This document shows positions 58,387 to 64,000 of a stretch of 64,000 nt of DNA, piece by piece (position 1 is the stretch's first letter; the number at the start of each line of letters is the position of its first letter). A program made the position numbers and the translations under genes. The notes beneath the pieces were generated by a model that saw nothing but the letters and a program-made list of their open reading frames with translations, searched no databases and was not told where the DNA came from. The DNA comes from Chitinophagales bacterium. Its GTDB lineage: Bacteria > Bacteroidota > Bacteroidia > Chitinophagales > LD1. Location: NCBI GenBank assembly GCA_016786765.1, contig JAEUUZ010000004.1, positions 105,311-169,310 of the forward strand, read 5' to 3'.

Positions 58387-59361
58387 ATGATGCGAAAGCA
58401 GATACGCCAATACTTCATCTTTTCCCCGGGTGAACGCAGAGCCGTGATTGCCTTGGGCTCCATTACTATGTTACTCATCATTCTCCCTTTCATTTACAGT
58501 CTACTACACAAGGATGAAAAACCAATAGTAGATGAGGCCTTCGAAAAAGAAGTAGCGGCCTTCAAAACAGAATTGGAACAAAAGCTCGATACCAGCGCTT
58601 TCTCGGAAAGATACAACTACTCGACTCCTCGCTACACTAGCAATGAATACACCCCAAAAGCAGATAAAAAAAACCATACGCTTTTCCCGTTCGATCCCAA
58701 TAAGATTAGCATCAACGAATGGATCACCTTAGGTTTGAGCGAAAAACAGGCTACGGTAATTGAACACTATAAAGCCAAAGGCGGAAAGTTTCGTAAGCCG
58801 GAAGATATACTTAAAATCTTTGTGTTGAGTGATCAAAAGAAACAAGAACTTTTGCCCTATGTACGGATGGAGACAGAAACACATACCATTGCGAATACTA
58901 AGGAAACCGTAACCGCTGTAAATGAAGAAATGCCGAAAATATTTCCGAAGTTCAGCTACAAACCTTTCTTTATTGATGTGAACAAGGCCGATTCTGCAGG
59001 TTTTGAAAAACTATATGGTATAGGGCCAAAATTAGCAGCTCGTATTGTAAAGTATAGAGAATGGTTAGGTGGATTTACGAATGTAGATCAACTCAAAGAA
59101 GTATATGGCATTGCCGATTCTACCTTCAACAAATTTCGTGTTAACCTCGTAATTAGCAAACAGGAATTAAAGAAAATAAACATCAATACAGCCACATATG
59201 AGGAATTTAAAGAGCATCCCTACTCAAGGCCATTTGCGGGTTATATTGTCAAATACAGGAAAAACAATTCCTTGTTTAAATCAGTAGAACAATTAGCACG
59301 TGTGCCAAATATGACCGATAGTATCTATAAAAAATTGTTACCCTATGTAAAAGTCGATTAA
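58387..59361 (+). CDS. ComEA-like membrane-anchored helix-hairpin-helix DNA-binding protein
   Basis: TM helix, FDPN..LGLS, DVNKAD..LYGIGPKLAARIVKYR..LGGF, ININTAT. Confidence 0.88.
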   Translation: MMRKQIRQYFIFSPGERRAVIALGSITMLLIILPFIYSLLHKDEKPIVDEAFEKEVAAFKTELEQKLDTSAFSERYNYSTPRYTSNEYTPKADKKNHTLFPFDPNKISINEWITLGLSEKQATVIEHYKAKGGKFRKPEDILKIFVLSDQKKQELLPYVRMETETHTIANTKETVTAVNEEMPKIFPKFSYKPFFIDVNKADSAGFEKLYGIGPKLAARIVKYREWLGGFTNVDQLKEVYGIADSTFNKFRVNLVISKQELKKININTATYEEFKEHPYSRPFAGYIVKYRKNNSLFKSVEQLARVPNMTDSIYKKLLPYVKVD

Positions 59362-59535
59362 GCTAAATATATATCGGTTGTAAACGCGTTTGTCCATCGT
59401 TAATCAGCATACATAAAGGCTTAGAGTAATTCTTCAACAACTAGAGATGGTGATGGAGCAAATCTAATATCCATTTTCAAAGCCCTAACGCAAACACCTC
59501 TCCTTCTTCGCCTTTTTTCCGTAGGTTTACCAAGT

Positions 59536-60711
59536 ATGAAATTTTATCAAAGACGAAGTCGCATTATTGTTACCTGCAGCAAACGCATTGCCCCATTTTT
59601 GGCGCTCGAGATTGAACAATTAGGCTTTGAACCCAAGAAGATTTTTGCCACAGGCGTGGAACTGATTGGCTCGTTGAACGATTGTATTAAGTTGAACCTG
59701 CATTTGCGTTGCGCCAGTCAGGTGCTGTATACGTTGAAGGAATTTCAATGCACCGACCCGGATGATTTGTACAACAAAGTGTATCAGTTGCCGTGGGAAA
59801 GTTTGCTGGAAAAGGATGGGTATTTTTCGGTGACGAGCCATGTGGATCACCCGAGCATTACCACTCCCCTCTTTGCAAATGTGAAGGTGAAGGATGCGAT
59901 TGTAGATCATTTTCGCGATAAATATGGAAAACGTCCGAATTCGGGTTCTGACTACGATAAAGCGGTGATTAATTTATTTTGGAAAAACGAGGAGGCGGCT
60001 TTGTTTATTGACACTTCGGGCGAAACGCTGTCGAAACACGGCTACCGAAAAATTCCAGGCAAGGCGCCTATGTTGGAATCGTTGGCTGCGGCTACCATTT
60101 TGGCTTCGAAATGGGACCGTCAATCGGCTTTCGTAAACCCCATGTGTGGTTCGGGAACATTGGCCATTGAGGCGTTAATGTCGGCCACGAAACGCATGCC
60201 GGGCTTGTATCGCAACAATTATTCGTTTATGCATTTTATTGGCTACGAAGAAAGTGTGTATGAAGCGGAGTTGGCGAACATTCAACACATGGTGCGCGAG
60301 GTGCCGGGCTTGCGCATCATTGCGAGTGATATCAGTGAAGATGCCATCAATGTTTCGAAAATTAACGCGCGTATGGCCGGTGTGGAAGAGTTGATGGATT
60401 TTGAAGTATGTGATTTTCGGGATACGGAAATTCCGGAAGGAGGCGGAACTATTTTCTTCAACCCAGAGTATGGTGAGCGTTTGGGGGAAGAAACCGAGTT
60501 AGAAGAAATTTATAAAGAGATTGGCGATTTCATGAAAAAATCGTGCAAAGGCTATAAAGGCTACATTTTTACGGGCAACTTGGAACTCGCCAAAAAAATC
60601 GGTTTGAAAACCACACGCAGAATTGAATTCTACAATGGTAAAATTGATTGCCGATTATTGGAATACGAGTTGTATGATGGAACGAAGCGGGTGCCAAAGA
60701 AAGAAGACTGA
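59536..60711 (+). CDS. THUMP-domain rRNA methyltransferase (RlmL-like)
   Basis: DTSGETLSKHGYR, APMLESLAA, PMCGSGT, NPEYGERL. Confidence 0.88.
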   Translation: MKFYQRRSRIIVTCSKRIAPFLALEIEQLGFEPKKIFATGVELIGSLNDCIKLNLHLRCASQVLYTLKEFQCTDPDDLYNKVYQLPWESLLEKDGYFSVTSHVDHPSITTPLFANVKVKDAIVDHFRDKYGKRPNSGSDYDKAVINLFWKNEEAALFIDTSGETLSKHGYRKIPGKAPMLESLAAATILASKWDRQSAFVNPMCGSGTLAIEALMSATKRMPGLYRNNYSFMHFIGYEESVYEAELANIQHMVREVPGLRIIASDISEDAINVSKINARMAGVEELMDFEVCDFRDTEIPEGGGTIFFNPEYGERLGEETELEEIYKEIGDFMKKSCKGYKGYIFTGNLELAKKIGLKTTRRIEFYNGKIDCRLLEYELYDGTKRVPKKED

Positions 60712-60727
60712 TGAGCCTTTACCTCAT

Positions 60728-61573
60728 TTATTCCCAAGCTTTGTTCGACTTTCCTAAATGATATTTAAGACAAGTATTTTCTTTTATCAGGAATTCGCCT
60801 CTCCAAACAATTGTACCTCTTCCGAGTGCCAGCAAGCTATATTGCCCTGGGCGTAATATTTTACAGAGCATGCCATTACTGAAGCATTCGGGTTCAGTTG
60901 TGCTTTGCAAAGGTACCTTTCCAATCTTTTTGTCCTGAATTTTTATGATAATATCCTCGGCATTTTTAATGTCAGACCAAAAACAGACATAGCCATATTT
61001 TTGCGGTGGTTCAACAATGTTTTGTTGCTCAATATCGTCCATGAAGTATACATCAACTGTTACTAATTTTTGAGCATAAAATTTTTTGATGGTAATGGTG
61101 TTCTTGGCATTTCTGATTTGTCGTGGAGCAGAAAAATTAATAGGAAAGAAGTCTTCCGCAGCAAGCTTTACAATATTGTTATTCTGAACCAGTACTTTCA
61201 TATCCGAGCAAAAGTGGGCATTATCGGTCACTACTACTTTATGCCAGCCATCTGCAATCGTCATTGGAAATGTAGTATAGAGATTATATTTACTTTGAAT
61301 CAAGCCTAGCTTGGTCATTTCAATTTTCAACTCTTTGTTTGCGCCTTCTTCTAAAGCTTTATTATACTTCGCTTCAATATCATCGGTAATAAGTTCGGCA
61401 TAGCCAAAATAATTTATGAAAAGACGCCATCCATAATCGGCTCTATAGCCAATAACATTTTCGGGAATTGGAGGTTCTTCAGGGATAGTAGTATAGGATG
61501 TATCGCGTTTGATTTGAGCGAAAGAAAAACCAAAAGAAATCGTAAAAATAAAAGTGATTAATATTCGAAACAT
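60728..61573 (-). CDS. Exported hypothetical protein
   Basis: 281-aa ORF with signal peptide (FSFAQ); no recognised domain. Confidence 0.65.
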   Translation of the reverse strand: MFRILITFIFTISFGFSFAQIKRDTSYTTIPEEPPIPENVIGYRADYGWRLFINYFGYAELITDDIEAKYNKALEEGANKELKIEMTKLGLIQSKYNLYTTFPMTIADGWHKVVVTDNAHFCSDMKVLVQNNNIVKLAAEDFFPINFSAPRQIRNAKNTITIKKFYAQKLVTVDVYFMDDIEQQNIVEPPQKYGYVCFWSDIKNAEDIIIKIQDKKIGKVPLQSTTEPECFSNGMLCKILRPGQYSLLALGRGTIVWRGEFLIKENTCLKYHLGKSNKAWE

Positions 61574-61597
61574 TAGGGTGTTATGATACAGTTTGTT

Positions 61598-63385
<1,788 letters not shown>

Positions 63386-63485
63386 TTAGCGGATAAATTG
63401 TTAAACATTTTGGAATGAGGTCCACACAATGAAAATCTAAGCCCAAATCGTTAGATGAGCAAAGCTTCTTTATGTATATTGTGAA

Positions 63486-64000
63486 ATGAAATCAATTTTA
63501 CTGTTGCTGCTTTTTCCGGCTTTCGTAGTGGCTCAACAATATCCTTGGGCTATAGGTGAAGGTGGAGTGGGCTCCGATATAGGAAAAAATATACGTTTTG
63601 ATAATGCAGGAAATGTTTTACTGTGTGGCGATATTGCCGGTGATGCTAAGTTCCGTGGAACATTACGCAAAGGTCATGGATTGTCAGACGGATTTGTGGC
63701 AAAATACAATACAAACGGAAGCTTACAGTGGGTACAACTGTTAGGCGGCATAAAAGTTGATAAGGCTAGCGATTGTGCAGCCGATAACAGCAATGCCGTT
63801 TTTGTAACGGGTTATTTTGAAGATTCGATGTCGGTGGGCAACAAGGGCGTTAAAAGCAAAGGATTGAGCGATATTTATGTTGCTAAAATTGATGCAGGAG
63901 GAAATCCGGTTTGGCTGAAAACGTTTGGCGGAACGAAAACCGATCAAGCCTATTCCATCATCACCGATAACAGTGGAAATGTTTACCTCTGTGGAACCTA
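63486..64000 (+). CDS. Secreted SBBP/beta-propeller repeat protein; runs off the window
   Basis: Not in the ORF track. MKSILLLLLFPAFVVAQ..., repeats DNAGNVLLCG / DGFVAKYNTNGSLQW / DIYVAKIDAGGNPVWLKTFGG / DNSGNVYLCG. Confidence 0.82.
   Translation, partial: MKSILLLLLFPAFVVAQQYPWAIGEGGVGSDIGKNIRFDNAGNVLLCGDIAGDAKFRGTLRKGHGLSDGFVAKYNTNGSLQWVQLLGGIKVDKASDCAADNSNAVFVTGYFEDSMSVGNKGVKSKGLSDIYVAKIDAGGNPVWLKTFGGTKTDQAYSIITDNSGNVYLCGT

Overview
AT-rich chromosomal segment of a Bacteroidota bacterium (Chitinophagales/Saprospirales-like). The assignment rests on TAnnTTTG promoters, absence of Shine-Dalgarno sites, T9SS C-terminal domains, PafA and a TonB-dependent transporter. The content is mostly housekeeping: dapD, cca, miaA, tRNA-Trp-secE-nusG-rplKAJ, ccmBCD, accC, aroC, gdh, corA, rpmE2, pit, tRNA-Leu, pdhA, recF, dciA, rlmI, rlmL-like, comEA-like and pyrG. 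I saw no mobile element, prophage or CRISPR array. Four observations stand out. (i) An endoglycoceramidase-like GH5, a SusD-less TonB receptor and a T9SS-secreted alpha/beta-hydrolase with a degenerate catalytic triad lie together and may form a glycolipid-capture system. (ii) A divergent cluster of four different phosphoesterases plus an alkylglycerol-monooxygenase-like enzyme may be a phospholipid/ether-lipid scavenging module. (iii) TAACATT repeats spaced 11 bp apart (Pho-box-like) lie between a DUF2490 barrel and DUF47-pit. (iv) The rplKAJ operon lacks both the usual upstream tuf and the downstream rplL-rpoBC. Family assignments come from motif recognition only; no searches were run.
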